Assembly (NCBI GenBank): GCA_963762145.1
Contig: CAVXJS010000021.1
Location: 96,001 to 160,000, forward strand
From: an uncultured Candidatus Rokubacteria bacterium
Lineage (GTDB): Bacteria > Methylomirabilota > Methylomirabilia > Rokubacteriales > CSP1-6
Direction of reading: 5' to 3'
DNA length: 64,000 nucleotides
Shown: piece by piece, positions 21,194-32,718 of the stretch
Layout of the letters: each line of letters begins with the position of its first letter
How positions within the stretch are numbered: the first letter of the stretch is position 1
The notes under the pieces: generated by a model
Database searches by the model: none
What the model saw: only the letters and a program-made list of their open reading frames with translations
What the model was told of the DNA's origin: nothing
Program-made: the position numbers and the translations under genes

Positions 21194-21460
21194 GTGCCCA
21201 CGATAGTGCACCTGCTGCTGGCCCTGGTCTTGACCGTTTTCCTGGCCGCCCAGGCCAGCGCCCTCGCCTTCGTGCTCCGCTCGCGCCGCGCGGTGTCGGC
21301 CCGGGGAGCGCGCCGGCGCAGCGACCTCTTGTGGACCTGCATCCCGGTGCTGCTCGTGCTCTTCCTGGCCGCCCGCAGCTGGGTGGCCGTCGTCGACGTC
21401 CACCGGCCCGCCGTGGCCGCGACCGGCACGCCATCGCCCCCGGTGGCGGCCCCGCGCTAG
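21194..21460 (+). CDS. Small two-TM membrane protein resembling the cytochrome oxidase subunit II TM hairpin
   Basis: GAGG RBS and GTG start; two hydrophobic helices; DLLWTCIPVLLVLFLA. Confidence 0.55.
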   Translation: MPTIVHLLLALVLTVFLAAQASALAFVLRSRRAVSARGARRRSDLLWTCIPVLLVLFLAARSWVAVVDVHRPAVAATGTPSPPVAAPR

Positions 21461-21516
21461 AGGGAACCTCACGACGCCATGACTCCGCCGCCCTCGCCAT
21501 GATGGAGCCGCCCTCG

Positions 21517-22548
21517 ATGATCCACCGCCTCGTGAAGCGCCTGGACTGGACCCGCCTCGGCCTGCTGGCGGCGGTGGTCCTGCTCGCCAGCGCCTGCAGC
21601 GCGGTGGGCTGGAACTGGGACACCCCGATGAGCACGGTGAACCCGAAGTCGGACTTCGGGAAGCTCACGCACGGGATCTTCATGCTGATCTCGTGGTGGA
21701 CCCTCGGCATCTTCATCGCGGTGGAGGCGGTGCTCGTCTACGCGTGCTGGCGCTTCCGCGAGCGCCCGGGCGCGCCCATCCCCAAGCAGGTGCACGGCCA
21801 CACCGTGCTCGAGATCTCCTGGACCATCGCGTTCGCGGTCATCCTGCTGATCTTCGCGATTCCGACGATCCGCGTGATCTTCCAGACCCAGGAGGCGCCC
21901 GCGGCCACCGCGCTGCGGGTGGAAGTCCACGGCAAGCAGTGGTGGTGGGAGTTCCGCTATCCGCAGCAGAAGATCACGACCGCCAACGAGCTGCACCTGG
22001 CCGTCGGGCAGACGGTGTCGTTCGCCCTGTACGCCCCCGACGTCATCCACTCCTTCTGGATCCCGCAGCTCGGCGGCAAGCGGGACGTGGTGCCCCACCG
22101 GGTGAACCACATCACACTGACCCCGCAGGTGGCGGGCGAGTACCCGGGCCAGTGCGCGGAATACTGCGGCATGTCCCACGCCAACATGCGCTTCCGGGTC
22201 ATCGTGCACGAGCCCGCCGACTTCGAGAAGTGGGTGAAGGCCCAGCAGGCGGCCCCGGTGGATTCGCCCGACGCGCTCGCCCAGCAGGGCAAGACGCTAT
22301 TCACCCAGTCGACGTGCGTGGGCTGCCACACCATCAACGGGATCTCCGCCGGGCACATCGGGCCGGATCTCACCCACTTCGCCAGCCGCAAGACCTTCGC
22401 GGGGTCGCTGATGACCACGACCCCGGAGAACCTGACCAAGTGGATCGAGAATCCGGAGCACATGAAGCCCGGCGCGCTGATGCCGAACCTGGGGATGAAG
22501 GGGGAGCAGTCGAAGGCTCTGGCCGCCTACCTCCTCAGCCTGAAATAG
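21517..22548 (+). CDS. coxB: Cytochrome c oxidase subunit II with fused cytochrome c (caa3 type)
   Basis: Lipobox LASAC, QWWWEFRY, DVIHSFW, CuA site CAEYCGMSHANM, C-terminal CVGCH. Confidence 0.95.
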   Translation: MIHRLVKRLDWTRLGLLAAVVLLASACSAVGWNWDTPMSTVNPKSDFGKLTHGIFMLISWWTLGIFIAVEAVLVYACWRFRERPGAPIPKQVHGHTVLEISWTIAFAVILLIFAIPTIRVIFQTQEAPAATALRVEVHGKQWWWEFRYPQQKITTANELHLAVGQTVSFALYAPDVIHSFWIPQLGGKRDVVPHRVNHITLTPQVAGEYPGQCAEYCGMSHANMRFRVIVHEPADFEKWVKAQQAAPVDSPDALAQQGKTLFTQSTCVGCHTINGISAGHIGPDLTHFASRKTFAGSLMTTTPENLTKWIENPEHMKPGALMPNLGMKGEQSKALAAYLLSLK

Positions 22549-22558
22549 GGAGACGCCC

Positions 22559-24424
22559 ATGGCGACTCACGCGGCATTCATGCCGGGCGCGAAGGTGGAG
22601 GTTCCCACGTTCTGGGGGACCGTCGCGTCCTGGCTCACCACCGTCGATCACAAGCGCATCGGCATCCTGTACGGCTCGAGCGCGTTCATCTTCTTCCTGA
22701 TCGGGGGCATCGAGGCGCTGATCATGCGCCTGCAGCTCGCCCGCCCCGACAACAACCTCGTGAGCGCGCAGACCTTCAACGAGCTGTTCACCATGCACGG
22801 CACCACCATGGTGTTCCTCGCGATCATGCCGATGAGCGCGGCGTTCTTCAATTACATGATCCCGCTCATGATCGGGGCGCGCGACGTGGCGTTCCCGCGC
22901 CTGAACGCGCTCTCCTACTGGATCTTCCTCTCCGGCGGGCTCTTCCTGCACGTGAGCTTCCTGGCCAAGGCGGTGCCGGACGGCGGCTGGTTCGGCTACG
23001 CCAACCTGACCTCGCACCAGTTCTCGCCGACCCACTCCATCGACTTCTGGATGCTCGGCCTGCAGATCCTCGGCATCTCGTCCATGCTCGCGGGCTTCAA
23101 CTTCCTGGTGACCATCATCAACATGCGGGCGCCCGGCATGACCCTGATGCGGATGCCGGTGTTCATCTGGATGAGCTTCGTGACCCAGTTCCTCATCGTG
23201 CTCGCCTTCCCGGCCATCACGGTGGCGCTCATCCTCCTGATGTTCGACCGCTTCTTCGGCACCCTCTTCTACTCCCCCGCCGCGGGCGGCGATCCCCTGC
23301 TCTGGCAGCACCTCTTCTGGATCTTCGGCCACCCGGAGGTCTACATCCTGATCCTGCCCGCGATGGGCATCGTCTCGGAAGTGCTGCCTACCTTCGCGCG
23401 CAAGCCGCTCTTCGGCGCCCCGGTCATCATCTACTCCGGCATCACCATCGGCTTCTTCGGGTTCGGGGTGTGGAGCCATCACATGTTCTCGGTCGGGATG
23501 GGCCCGGTGGCCGACGCCGCCTTCTCCATCACCACCATGCTGATCGCGGTGCCCACCGGCGTGAAGATCCTCAACTGGCTCTGTACCCTGTGGGGCGGCT
23601 CCATCCGATTCACGACCCCGCTCTACTTCTCGCTCGGCTTCATCGCGATGTTCACGATGGGCGGCCTCTCCGGGGTCATGCACGCCTCGCCCCCGGTGGA
23701 CCTGCAGCAGACCGACACCTACTTCGTGGTGGCCCACTTCCACTACGTGCTCTTCGGGGGCTCGATCTTCGGGCTCTTCTCCGGCGCCTACTACTGGTGG
23801 CCGAAGATCACCGGCAAGCTGCTCGACGAGCGTCTCGGCAAGGTGCACTTCTGGCTGATGATGCTGGGCTTCAACGTGACGTTCTTCCCCCAGCACTACC
23901 TCGGACTCATCGGGATGCCGCGCCGGATCTACACCTACGCGGGGGACCTCGGCTGGAACTTCTGGAATCTCGTCTCCACCATCGGGGCCTTCATGATCGC
24001 GGTCTCCTTCCTCGTGTTCATCGCGAACGTGATCAAGACCGCGCGCGCGGGCCGAGTGGCGAGCGCCGATCCGTGGGACGCCCGCACCCTCGAGTGGGCG
24101 ATCCCGTCGCCGCCCCCGGTCTACAACTTCGCCCGGGTACCCGAGGTGCGCGACCGGGACGACTTCTGGCTGCAGAAGCACGGAGACGGGCACGGAGGCG
24201 CCCCGCGGCCGAAGCCGGCCCCGGTGACCGCGGCCGAGATCGCGGCCATCCACATGCCCCCCAGCTCGTTCTGGCCGATCCTGCTCGCCCTCGCGATGGC
24301 GATGATGATCTCCGGCCTGCTGATCAGCATGTACCAGGTCATCGTGGGCGGGTTGCTCACGCTGTTCCTCATGTACAAGTTCGCCATGGAGCTGCACCGC
24401 CCCCCCGACGGGCACGGACACTAG
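22559..24424 (+). CDS. coxA: Cytochrome c oxidase subunit I (A1 type)
   Basis: DHKRIG, FGHPEVY, VWSHH, AHFHYV, MPRR. Confidence 0.97.
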   Translation: MATHAAFMPGAKVEVPTFWGTVASWLTTVDHKRIGILYGSSAFIFFLIGGIEALIMRLQLARPDNNLVSAQTFNELFTMHGTTMVFLAIMPMSAAFFNYMIPLMIGARDVAFPRLNALSYWIFLSGGLFLHVSFLAKAVPDGGWFGYANLTSHQFSPTHSIDFWMLGLQILGISSMLAGFNFLVTIINMRAPGMTLMRMPVFIWMSFVTQFLIVLAFPAITVALILLMFDRFFGTLFYSPAAGGDPLLWQHLFWIFGHPEVYILILPAMGIVSEVLPTFARKPLFGAPVIIYSGITIGFFGFGVWSHHMFSVGMGPVADAAFSITTMLIAVPTGVKILNWLCTLWGGSIRFTTPLYFSLGFIAMFTMGGLSGVMHASPPVDLQQTDTYFVVAHFHYVLFGGSIFGLFSGAYYWWPKITGKLLDERLGKVHFWLMMLGFNVTFFPQHYLGLIGMPRRIYTYAGDLGWNFWNLVSTIGAFMIAVSFLVFIANVIKTARAGRVASADPWDARTLEWAIPSPPPVYNFARVPEVRDRDDFWLQKHGDGHGGAPRPKPAPVTAAEIAAIHMPPSSFWPILLALAMAMMISGLLISMYQVIVGGLLTLFLMYKFAMELHRPPDGHGH

Positions 24425-24434
24425 GAGAGCCCCC

Positions 24435-25064
24435 GTGGCCGACCACGCTGCCGCTCACGCCGCGAACCATGCCGTGACTCATGCGGTCCACGATCCGAAC
24501 ATCGGCAACACCGGGCTCGACCATCGCAAGATGGGCATGTGGGCCTTCCTCGGCTCCGACTGCATGTTCTTCGGGTCCCTGATCGGGACGTACCTGGCCT
24601 ACAAGGGCAAGTCGATCTCCGGGCCGACCCCTCACGAGGTGTTCGACATTCCGCTCACCTCCTACAGCGCGGCGCTGCTGCTCGCCTCGTCGCTGACCAT
24701 GGTGCTGGCCCTGGCCGCCCTGCAGGACAACCGCGTGAAGGTGGCGGCGGGCTGGCTGCTCGCCACCGCGGTGATGGGCCTGCACTTCGTGCTGAACCAG
24801 GTCTACGAGTTCTGGAGCTTCGTCCACCACTACGGCCTGACGCTCTCGACCAGCCTCTTCGGGTCGACGTTCTTCGTGCTCACCGGGTTCCACGGCGCGC
24901 ACGTCACCGGCGGGGTGATCTGGCTCCTGATCCTGGTGGGGCTGGCCTGGCGGGGCCGGCTCGACCGCCGGGACTACACCAAGGTCGAGATCGCCGGCCT
25001 CTACTGGCACTTCGTGGACATCGTCTGGATCGCGATCTTCACCATCATCTACCTCATCCCCTAG
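24435..25064 (+). CDS. coxC: Cytochrome c oxidase subunit III
   Basis: GFHGAHV, LYWHFVDIVW. Confidence 0.95.
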   Translation: MADHAAAHAANHAVTHAVHDPNIGNTGLDHRKMGMWAFLGSDCMFFGSLIGTYLAYKGKSISGPTPHEVFDIPLTSYSAALLLASSLTMVLALAALQDNRVKVAAGWLLATAVMGLHFVLNQVYEFWSFVHHYGLTLSTSLFGSTFFVLTGFHGAHVTGGVIWLLILVGLAWRGRLDRRDYTKVEIAGLYWHFVDIVWIAIFTIIYLIP

Positions 25065-25074
25065 GAGCCGCGAT

Positions 25075-25412
25075 ATGGCCGATCACGGCACCGCTGCCGC
25101 GACGCACGGAGGAGGAAGCGGGCACTCCACCGTCAAGACGTACATCAACGTGGCCATCGTGCTGGCCATCATCACCGCGGTCGAGGTGGCCACGCTCTAC
25201 ATCCCGGGCATCCCGAACTGGCTGCTGGTCTCAGCCTGCTCATCATGTCGGCGGCCAAGTTCTACCTGGTCGTCGGCTTCTTCATGCACCTCAAGTACGA
25301 CCACCAGATCATGCGGGTGCTATTCGTCGGCCCGCTGGTCATCGCGATCGGCATCATCCTGGCCGTCATGGCGCTGTTCAGCGCCTTCCTGCTGCTGCCC
25401 CGCCCCCACTAG
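25075..25412 (+). CDS. ctaF: Cytochrome c oxidase subunit IV (CtaF-like), frameshift ~25230
   Basis: LAIITAVEV, then in another frame AKFYLVVGFFMHLKYD. Confidence 0.8.
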
Positions 25413-25453
25413 GAGTCCGTCCCTGGCAACCGCGGACACCGTGATCCTCGTCC

Positions 25454-25492
25454 GGGGGGAGGTTCGGAACGGGGGCGCAGCCCCCCTCCGAG
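25454..25492. repeat. G-tract plus hairpin REP-like element inside the cox operon
   Basis: GGGGGGAGG-TTCGGAACGGGGG-CGCAG-CCCCCCTCCGAG. Confidence 0.55.
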
Positions 25493-25502
25493 TCGACTAG
25501 CC

Positions 25503-26369
25503 ATGGCGCACGTAGCACCCGGGCCGGCGGGGCCGCCTCCCCTCGGGCCCGAGGGCTTCGACTGGACCTCCTGGCAGGCCGATCCCGGCGTCGTCACGGG
25601 GCTCGTCGTCATGGGCGCCGCCTACGCGGCGGCCCTCCTGTGGCGACGGCGGCTCGCCCCCGAGGCCCGGGTGGAGCCGCTCAAGGTGGCCTCGTTCGCA
25701 GGGGCCCTGCTCGTGCTGTTCGGCTCGCTCACCGGGCCCATCCACGACCTGTCGGACTACTACCTCTTCAGCGCGCACATGATCCAGCACATGCTGCTGG
25801 TCTTCGCGATGCCGCCGCTCCTGCTGTACGGGACGCCGGGCTGGATGCTGCGCCCGCTGCTGCGCGACGCCAGGCTCCTCGAGCTCGGCCGCGTGCTGAC
25901 CCGGCCGACGGGATCGTTCGCGACCTTCAACGTGATCCTCATCGCGTGGCACTTGCCGCCCCTTTACAATCTGGCCATGGAGCAGCACCCCTTCCACGTC
26001 CTTGGACACCTCCTGATGATGGCCGCCTCCGTCATCCTGTGGTGGCCGGTGCTCTCCCCGATCGACGAGCTGCCCCGGGCGCCCTACCCGATCCAGATGC
26101 TCTACCTGTTCGTGGTGGGCCTGCCGATGGTGATGGTGGCCATCTTCATCTCGATGGCCGACGGCCTCCTCTACCCGTACTACGCGGCCGCGCCGCGGAT
26201 CTGGCCGCAGCTCACCCCGCGCGCCGACCAGCACCTGGGCGGCCTCATCATGTGGATCCCCGGCGGCATGGTCTTCCTGGTCGCGCTCTCCGTCGTCTTC
26301 TTCCGGTGGCAGAGCGCGGGCGGCGACGACGCGACGGTGCCCCTCGCCGGGGCGCGCCATGGCCGCTAG
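25503..26369 (+). CDS. ctaG: Cytochrome c oxidase assembly factor (Caa3_CtaG family)
   Basis: LFSAHMIQHMLL, WHLPPLY, DQHLGGLIMWIPG. Confidence 0.9.
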   Translation: MAHVAPGPAGPPPLGPEGFDWTSWQADPGVVTGLVVMGAAYAAALLWRRRLAPEARVEPLKVASFAGALLVLFGSLTGPIHDLSDYYLFSAHMIQHMLLVFAMPPLLLYGTPGWMLRPLLRDARLLELGRVLTRPTGSFATFNVILIAWHLPPLYNLAMEQHPFHVLGHLLMMAASVILWWPVLSPIDELPRAPYPIQMLYLFVVGLPMVMVAIFISMADGLLYPYYAAAPRIWPQLTPRADQHLGGLIMWIPGGMVFLVALSVVFFRWQSAGGDDATVPLAGARHGR

Positions 26370-27246
26370 GCTCGCCTGGGCCGCGGTCGTCGCGGTCTTC
26401 TTCCTGATGACGCTCGGCAACGTGGTGAGCGCAACCGGCTCCGGGCTCGCGTGCCCCGACTGGCCGCTCTGTCACGGCTCCCTGATCCCGCCGCTGCGCC
26501 TCGACGTGCTGATCGAGTACAGCCATCGCCTCGCCGCCCTGGCCGCCACGGTGCTGATCGTGGCCACCACCGTGCTCGCGCTGCGCGGCTCGCGCGCGCC
26601 GGGGCTTCGGCGTCTCGCCTGGCTGCTGCCCGCGCTCCTCGCGGCGCAGATCGCGCTCGGCGGCATCACGGTCCTGCTCAAGCTCCCCCACCTGATCAGC
26701 ACCGCGCACCTGGTGAACGCGCTCCTGATCCTGGCCGGCCTCATCGTGCTGGCCCGGGGGCTCCAGTCCACGGCTCCCGCGCGCGCGGGCGACGAGCGCC
26801 TGCGGCGGCTGGCCCGCATGGGGCTGATCGTGCTCCTCGTCCAGCTCGCGCTCGGCGGCTACGTACGCCACTCGGGAGCGGGACTCGCCTGCCCCGACTT
26901 CCCGCTCTGCAGCGGCGATCTCCTGCCCACGCAGTGGCTGGCCGGGGTGCACTGGGTCCATCGCTGGCTCGGCGTGCTGCTGCTGGGCCTCTTCATTCAC
27001 GTGGCGGTGGTGGGCCGGACGGCGGCCACTCGCCTGGTCGCCGCGCTCGCGGGGCTGCAGGTCGCCCTCGGCATCGCCACCGTGCTGCTCCAGCTCACCC
27101 CGACCGTGCGGGCGACCCACGCCGCCGTCGGGTACTCGATCTGGGCGGTGCTGGTGTGGGTGAGCGTCGAGGCCGGATGCTGGCGCGGAAGTCTCACCGC
27201 GCCCGCCCGGCCGGGCGCGACCCGGAAGGCCGCGCATGCCGCCTAG
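26359..27246 (+). CDS. ctaA: Heme A synthase (type 1)
   Basis: GLACPDWPLC, EYSHR, second loop GLACPDFPLC, HWVHR. Confidence 0.9.
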   Translation: MAARLAWAAVVAVFFLMTLGNVVSATGSGLACPDWPLCHGSLIPPLRLDVLIEYSHRLAALAATVLIVATTVLALRGSRAPGLRRLAWLLPALLAAQIALGGITVLLKLPHLISTAHLVNALLILAGLIVLARGLQSTAPARAGDERLRRLARMGLIVLLVQLALGGYVRHSGAGLACPDFPLCSGDLLPTQWLAGVHWVHRWLGVLLLGLFIHVAVVGRTAATRLVAALAGLQVALGIATVLLQLTPTVRATHAAVGYSIWAVLVWVSVEAGCWRGSLTAPARPGATRKAAHAA

Positions 27247-28174
27247 GGCCGCGGCCGCCGCCTCACGCGGCATCGGAGCGCTCACCCTGACGGAGCGGAT
27301 CGGCGCCTACGCCGAGCTCTCGAAGTTCGGCATCGTGCTCCTGGTCCTGGTCTCCGCGGGCGCCGGCTTCATGCTGAGCGCTCCCCTGGGGCCCGAGTTC
27401 CCGTGGCCTCAGGGCCTGCTGGTGCTGGCCGGGGTGATGCTCCTGTCCTGCGGCGCCTCGGCGCTCAACCAGGTCCAGGAGCGCGCCCGGGACGGCCTGA
27501 TGGCCCGAACCGCGGGGCGTCCGCTGCCCTCCGGACGGCTGTCGCACGCCCAGGGGCTCGCCTTCTCGATCGTGGGCATCGCGGTCGGCGCGGCCGTGCT
27601 GTGGCTCGGGATCGGACCCACCGCCGGCATCCTGGGCCTCATCGCGAGCGGCTTCTACAACGGCGTCTACACGCCCTGGCTGAAGCCGCACTCGCCCTTC
27701 GCCGCGGTGCCGGGAGCGATCCCGGGCGCCATCCCGCCGGTGATCGGCTGGGTCGCGGGCGGCGGCCACCTGACCGATGCGGGCGCGGTGATCCTCTTCG
27801 GGATCTTGTTCCTCTGGCAGATGCCCCACTTCTGGGCGCTCGCCCTCCGCTACCGGGCCGACTACGCCGCCGGCGGCTTCCCGATGGTCTCGGAGCGGGT
27901 AGGGGTGGAGGGCACCGCCCGGCTCATCCAGCTCTACTCCCTGGGCCTCACCGCCTGGGCCCTGGCCGCGCCCACCTTCGGGGTGGGCGGCCCGGCCACC
28001 CTGGTGGCGGCCGCGGCGCTGGGGGGCCGCCTGATCTGGCTGGCCGCCAAGTTCGCGCGGCAGCCGGACGACCAGCGCGGGTGGCTCTCTCTCTTCCTCT
28101 TCTCGAACTTTTTCCTTCTCCTGCTGTTTCTAGTAATGATTGGGGAGCGGCTGGTCCGCCACACCCTGTCCTAG
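27236..28174 (+). CDS. ctaB: Heme O synthase (protoheme IX farnesyltransferase)
   Basis: DGLMARTAGRPLPSG, YTPWLK, LFLWQMPHFWALA. Confidence 0.92.
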   Translation: MPPRAAAAASRGIGALTLTERIGAYAELSKFGIVLLVLVSAGAGFMLSAPLGPEFPWPQGLLVLAGVMLLSCGASALNQVQERARDGLMARTAGRPLPSGRLSHAQGLAFSIVGIAVGAAVLWLGIGPTAGILGLIASGFYNGVYTPWLKPHSPFAAVPGAIPGAIPPVIGWVAGGGHLTDAGAVILFGILFLWQMPHFWALALRYRADYAAGGFPMVSERVGVEGTARLIQLYSLGLTAWALAAPTFGVGGPATLVAAAALGGRLIWLAAKFARQPDDQRGWLSLFLFSNFFLLLLFLVMIGERLVRHTLS

Positions 28175-28249
28175 CGCCCGGGTGGCTGCCGGTGGCAAGG
28201 CGGGTCGGTTGTCTGTTACTCTGAGTTCCCCTTCTGGAGGCCGGATCGA

Positions 28250-29560
28250 ATGAACATCTGCGTGGTAGGAACGGGCTACGTGGGGCTGGTGACCGGCGCG
28301 GTCTTCGCCGATCTCGGCAACGACGTGGTCTGCGTCGACAACGACCAGAAGAAGATCGAGGCCCTCCGGGCGGGGCAGATGCCCATCTATGAGCCGGGCC
28401 TCGAGGAGATGGTGATACGGAACAAGGACGACGGGCGCCTCAGCTTCACCACCGACCTGCCCGGCGGGGTCCGCCAAGCCGACGTCATCTTCATCGCGGT
28501 GGGCACTCCCCCGAAGGACACCGGCGAGACCGATCTCTCCCACGTGGAGGCGGTCGCCACCCAGATCGGGCGCTCGATGGATCGCTACAAGGTGGTCGTC
28601 AACAAGTCCACGGTCCCGGTCGGCACCGGCGAGTTCGTCCGGGAAGTCATCACGCGGTTCCAGCCCCGCCCCATCGACTTCGACGTGGTCTCCAATCCGG
28701 AGTTCCTGCGTGAGGGGTCCGCGATCGAGGACACCCTCCGGCCCGACCGGATCGTGATCGGCGCCCCAAACCAGCAGGTCGCGATGACCCTGGTGGAGCT
28801 CTACGCCCCGCTCGAGCGGCCCATGATCATCACCGACCTGCCGTCGGCGGAGGTGATCAAGTACGCGTCCAACGCGTTCCTGGCCGCCAAGATCTCGTTC
28901 ATCAACGCGATCGCCAACATCTGCGAGAACGCGGGCGCCGACGTGAGCCAGGTGATGAAGGGCATGGGCCTCGACTCGCGCATCGGGATGCAGTTTCTCC
29001 AGGCCGGGCTCGGCTACGGCGGCTCCTGCTTCCCCAAGGACGTGGACTCCCTCATCCACACCGCGTCCCGTTTCGGGTACGACTTCAAGCTGCTGCGCTC
29101 GGTGGTGGAGATCAACAAGGAGCGCGCCCTCCACCTGGTGGACATGATGCGCAAGGCGATGGGCGATCTCGAGGACAAGACCATCGCGGTGCTCGGCCTC
29201 GCCTTCAAGCCCAACACCGACGACATGCGCGAGGCCAAGAGCCTCGAGGTGGTCCGGCTGCTCCACGCCGCGGGGGCCCAGGTGCGCGCCTACGACCCGG
29301 TGGCGATGGACAACGCGCGGGCCCTGCTGCCGGATAGCGTGGTCTTCTGCGAGTCGGCCTACGAGGCGGCGGCGGGCGCGGACGGGGTGGCCCTGCTCAC
29401 CGAGTGGAACGAGTTCAAGTACCTGAACCTCGACCGCCTGCGCGGGCTCCTGCGGCACCGGCTGATCTTCGACGCCCGCAACCTGTACGAGCCCGAGCGC
29501 ATGCGTCGCCTCGGCTTCGAGTACTACTCGATCGGGCGCAAGCCCGTGCTGGCGGGCTGA
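28250..29560 (+). CDS. ugd: UDP-glucose 6-dehydrogenase
   Basis: [32 protein letters not shown]. Confidence 0.95.
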   Translation: MNICVVGTGYVGLVTGAVFADLGNDVVCVDNDQKKIEALRAGQMPIYEPGLEEMVIRNKDDGRLSFTTDLPGGVRQADVIFIAVGTPPKDTGETDLSHVEAVATQIGRSMDRYKVVVNKSTVPVGTGEFVREVITRFQPRPIDFDVVSNPEFLREGSAIEDTLRPDRIVIGAPNQQVAMTLVELYAPLERPMIITDLPSAEVIKYASNAFLAAKISFINAIANICENAGADVSQVMKGMGLDSRIGMQFLQAGLGYGGSCFPKDVDSLIHTASRFGYDFKLLRSVVEINKERALHLVDMMRKAMGDLEDKTIAVLGLAFKPNTDDMREAKSLEVVRLLHAAGAQVRAYDPVAMDNARALLPDSVVFCESAYEAAAGADGVALLTEWNEFKYLNLDRLRGLLRHRLIFDARNLYEPERMRRLGFEYYSIGRKPVLAG

Positions 29561-29571
29561 GGGTCGCGCCG

Positions 29572-30503
<932 letters not shown>

Positions 30504-30507
<4 letters not shown>

Positions 30508-31433
30508 GGATCCTCGTGACGGGCGGAGCCGGCTTCATCGGCTCACACGTGGTGGACGCCTTCCTGGCCGCGGGTCACGACGTGGCGGTGGTGGACAATC
30601 TCACCACCGGCGACGCGCGCTGGATCAACCCGCGCGCCCGCTTCCACGAGGTGGATCTCCGCAGCGCGGGGCTGGCGCGCGTCTTCGAGACGGAGCGGCC
30701 GGAGGTGGTGGCCCACCTGGCCGCGCAGGCCTCGGTCGGCCGCTCGGTGACCGATCCCGCGTTCGACGCCAGCGTGAACATCGGGGGCGGGGTCGCGCTG
30801 CTCGAATGCTGCCGGCGCTACGGGGTCCGCCGGGTGATCTACTCCTCGAGCGGCGGCGCGGGCTACGGCGACACCGACGTGATCCCCACCCCGGAGAGCC
30901 ATCCCAGCCTGCCGATCTCGCCCTACGGCATCACCAAGGTCGCGGTGGAGCAATACGTGGCCGCGTGGATCGGGATCTACGGCATCAGCGGCATCTCGCT
31001 CCGCTACGCCAACATCTACGGTCCGCGGCAGAACCCCCAGGGCGAGGCGGGCGTGATCGCCATCTTCTGCCACCGGCTGCTGACCGGCCAGGCGCCCATC
31101 ATCAACGGCGACGGCGGCCAGACCCGCGACTACACCTACGTGGAGGACGTGGCCGCCGCCAACGTGAAGGCGCTCGAGCATCACGAGGCCACCGGCGGGG
31201 TCAACATCTGCACCGGGATCGAGACGTCGGTGAACGACCTCTACGCGGCGCTGGTGCAGGCGGCGGGCTCCAAGATCCCGGCCGAGCACGCGCCCGCCCG
31301 GCCGGGCGAGCAGCGCCGCAGCTGCCTGAGCCCCGAGCGCGCCGCGAGCGCGCTCGGCTGGAAGCCCACCGTGTCCCTCGCCGAGGGCCTCCGCCGCACC
31401 TTCGGCTTCTTCAAAAAGGAGATCGCGCCATGA
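30504..31433 (+). CDS. NAD-dependent epimerase (UDP-glucose 4-epimerase-like)
   Basis: [32 protein letters not shown]. Confidence 0.88.
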
Positions 31434-31603
31434 TCGACGAAGAGCTGCGGGCGATCCTGGCCTGTCCCGCCTGCAAGGGCATCGAGCTGACCTTCGAGGA
31501 GACGCGCATCATCTGCCGCGCCTGCCGCAAGGCCTATCCGGTGCGCGACGGCATTCCCGTGATGCTGATCAGCGAGGCGGAGCCCTGGGCCCCGACGAAA
31601 TAA
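31430..31603 (+). CDS. Trm112-like protein
   Basis: [17 protein letters not shown]...CRKAYPVRDGIPVML; overlaps the upstream stop (ATGA). Confidence 0.85.
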   Translation: MIDEELRAILACPACKGIELTFEETRIICRACRKAYPVRDGIPVMLISEAEPWAPTK

Positions 31604-32658
31604 CCGCGGTCATCCTCGCGGGGGGCCAGGGCACCCGGCTCCGGCCCCTGACCCTCGCCACACCCAAGCCGGTCGTTCCCCTCCTCAACATCCCGTTCGT
31701 CGCCTACCAGCTGGCCCTGCTCCGTCAGCACGGCATCACCGACGTGGTCCTGTCCTGCTCCTACCTGGTGGACGAGATCCGGCGGATCATGGGCGACGGC
31801 GCGGCCCACGGGGTCCGGCTCCGCTACGCGGTGGAGACGGACCCGCTCGGCACCGCCGGCGGCATCCGCAACGCGGTGGACCTCGTGCGGGGGCTCGTGG
31901 TCGTGCTGAACGGCGACATCCTGGCCGACGTCGATCTCTCCGCGATGCTGGACTTCCACGCCGAGCGCCGCTCGCGCGCGACGCTCTACCTCACGCGCGT
32001 CGCCGACCCCAGTCAGTACGGGCTCGTGGAGCTCGATGCGGACGGGCGCATCCGGAGCTTCATCGAGAAGCCCCCGCCCGGCCAGGCGACGGTGGACACC
32101 GTCAACGCGGGCGTCTACCTGCTCGACCGCGAGGTCGTCGCCGCGATTCCGACCGGCCGCGCGGTGTCCATCGAGCGCGAGACTTTCCCCGGGCTCCTCC
32201 GCGACCACGTGCCGTTCTTCGGCTGGGTCGCGGGCAACTACTGGCTCGACATCGGCAGCCCCGCCAAGTACCGCCAGGGCCAGCTCGACCTGCTGGCCGG
32301 CCGCGTGACCAGCCCGCTCGCGCCCGCGGGCGCCGCGCCCGACGGCCGCGCCATCGCGCCGGGCGCCCGCGTCGCCCCCGACGCGACGGTCACCGGCCCG
32401 TGCGTGATCGGCGCGGGCACCCGCGTCGAGTCGGGCGCGCGGGTGGGCCCGAACGCGGTGCTCGGCGGCAACTGCGTCGTCGGCGCGGGCGCCCGGATCG
32501 AGGGCGCCATCCTCTGGGACGACGTGGTGGTGGGCCCGGGCGCGGTGCTGCGGGACTGCATCGTGGGCGCGGGAGCCCGAATCGGGGCCAACGCCCAGCT
32601 CGGGTTCACCGCGGTCCTGGAGGCCAACGCGGTCGTGGCCCCCAACGCCCGCACGTAG
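31585..32658 (+). CDS. NDP-sugar synthase (mannose-1-phosphate guanylyltransferase-like) with hexapeptide C-terminus; non-canonical start
   Basis: AVILAGGQGTRLRPLT..PKP lies upstream of the first canonical start (31744); PLGTAG, YWLDIG, left-handed beta-helix repeats. Confidence 0.85.
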   Translation: MGPDEITAVILAGGQGTRLRPLTLATPKPVVPLLNIPFVAYQLALLRQHGITDVVLSCSYLVDEIRRIMGDGAAHGVRLRYAVETDPLGTAGGIRNAVDLVRGLVVVLNGDILADVDLSAMLDFHAERRSRATLYLTRVADPSQYGLVELDADGRIRSFIEKPPPGQATVDTVNAGVYLLDREVVAAIPTGRAVSIERETFPGLLRDHVPFFGWVAGNYWLDIGSPAKYRQGQLDLLAGRVTSPLAPAGAAPDGRAIAPGARVAPDATVTGPCVIGAGTRVESGARVGPNAVLGGNCVVGAGARIEGAILWDDVVVGPGAVLRDCIVGAGARIGANAQLGFTAVLEANAVVAPNART

Positions 32659-32683
32659 GGCGCCGGCTCCGCCCCCGGCGCCC
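32658..32683. terminator. GC-rich hairpin after the sugar operon, no U-tract
   Basis: GGGCGCCGG-N8-CCGGCGCCC. Confidence 0.4.
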
Positions 32684-32718
32684 GACGGGCCGCGCAAGGG
32701 CGTGGTATTCTTAGCCGG

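Noticed and set aside
26359-27246. Internal repeat GGGCTCGCGTGCCCCGAC / GGACTCGCCTGCCCCGAC in ctaA
   Set aside because: Known two-fold internal duplication of type 1 heme A synthase.
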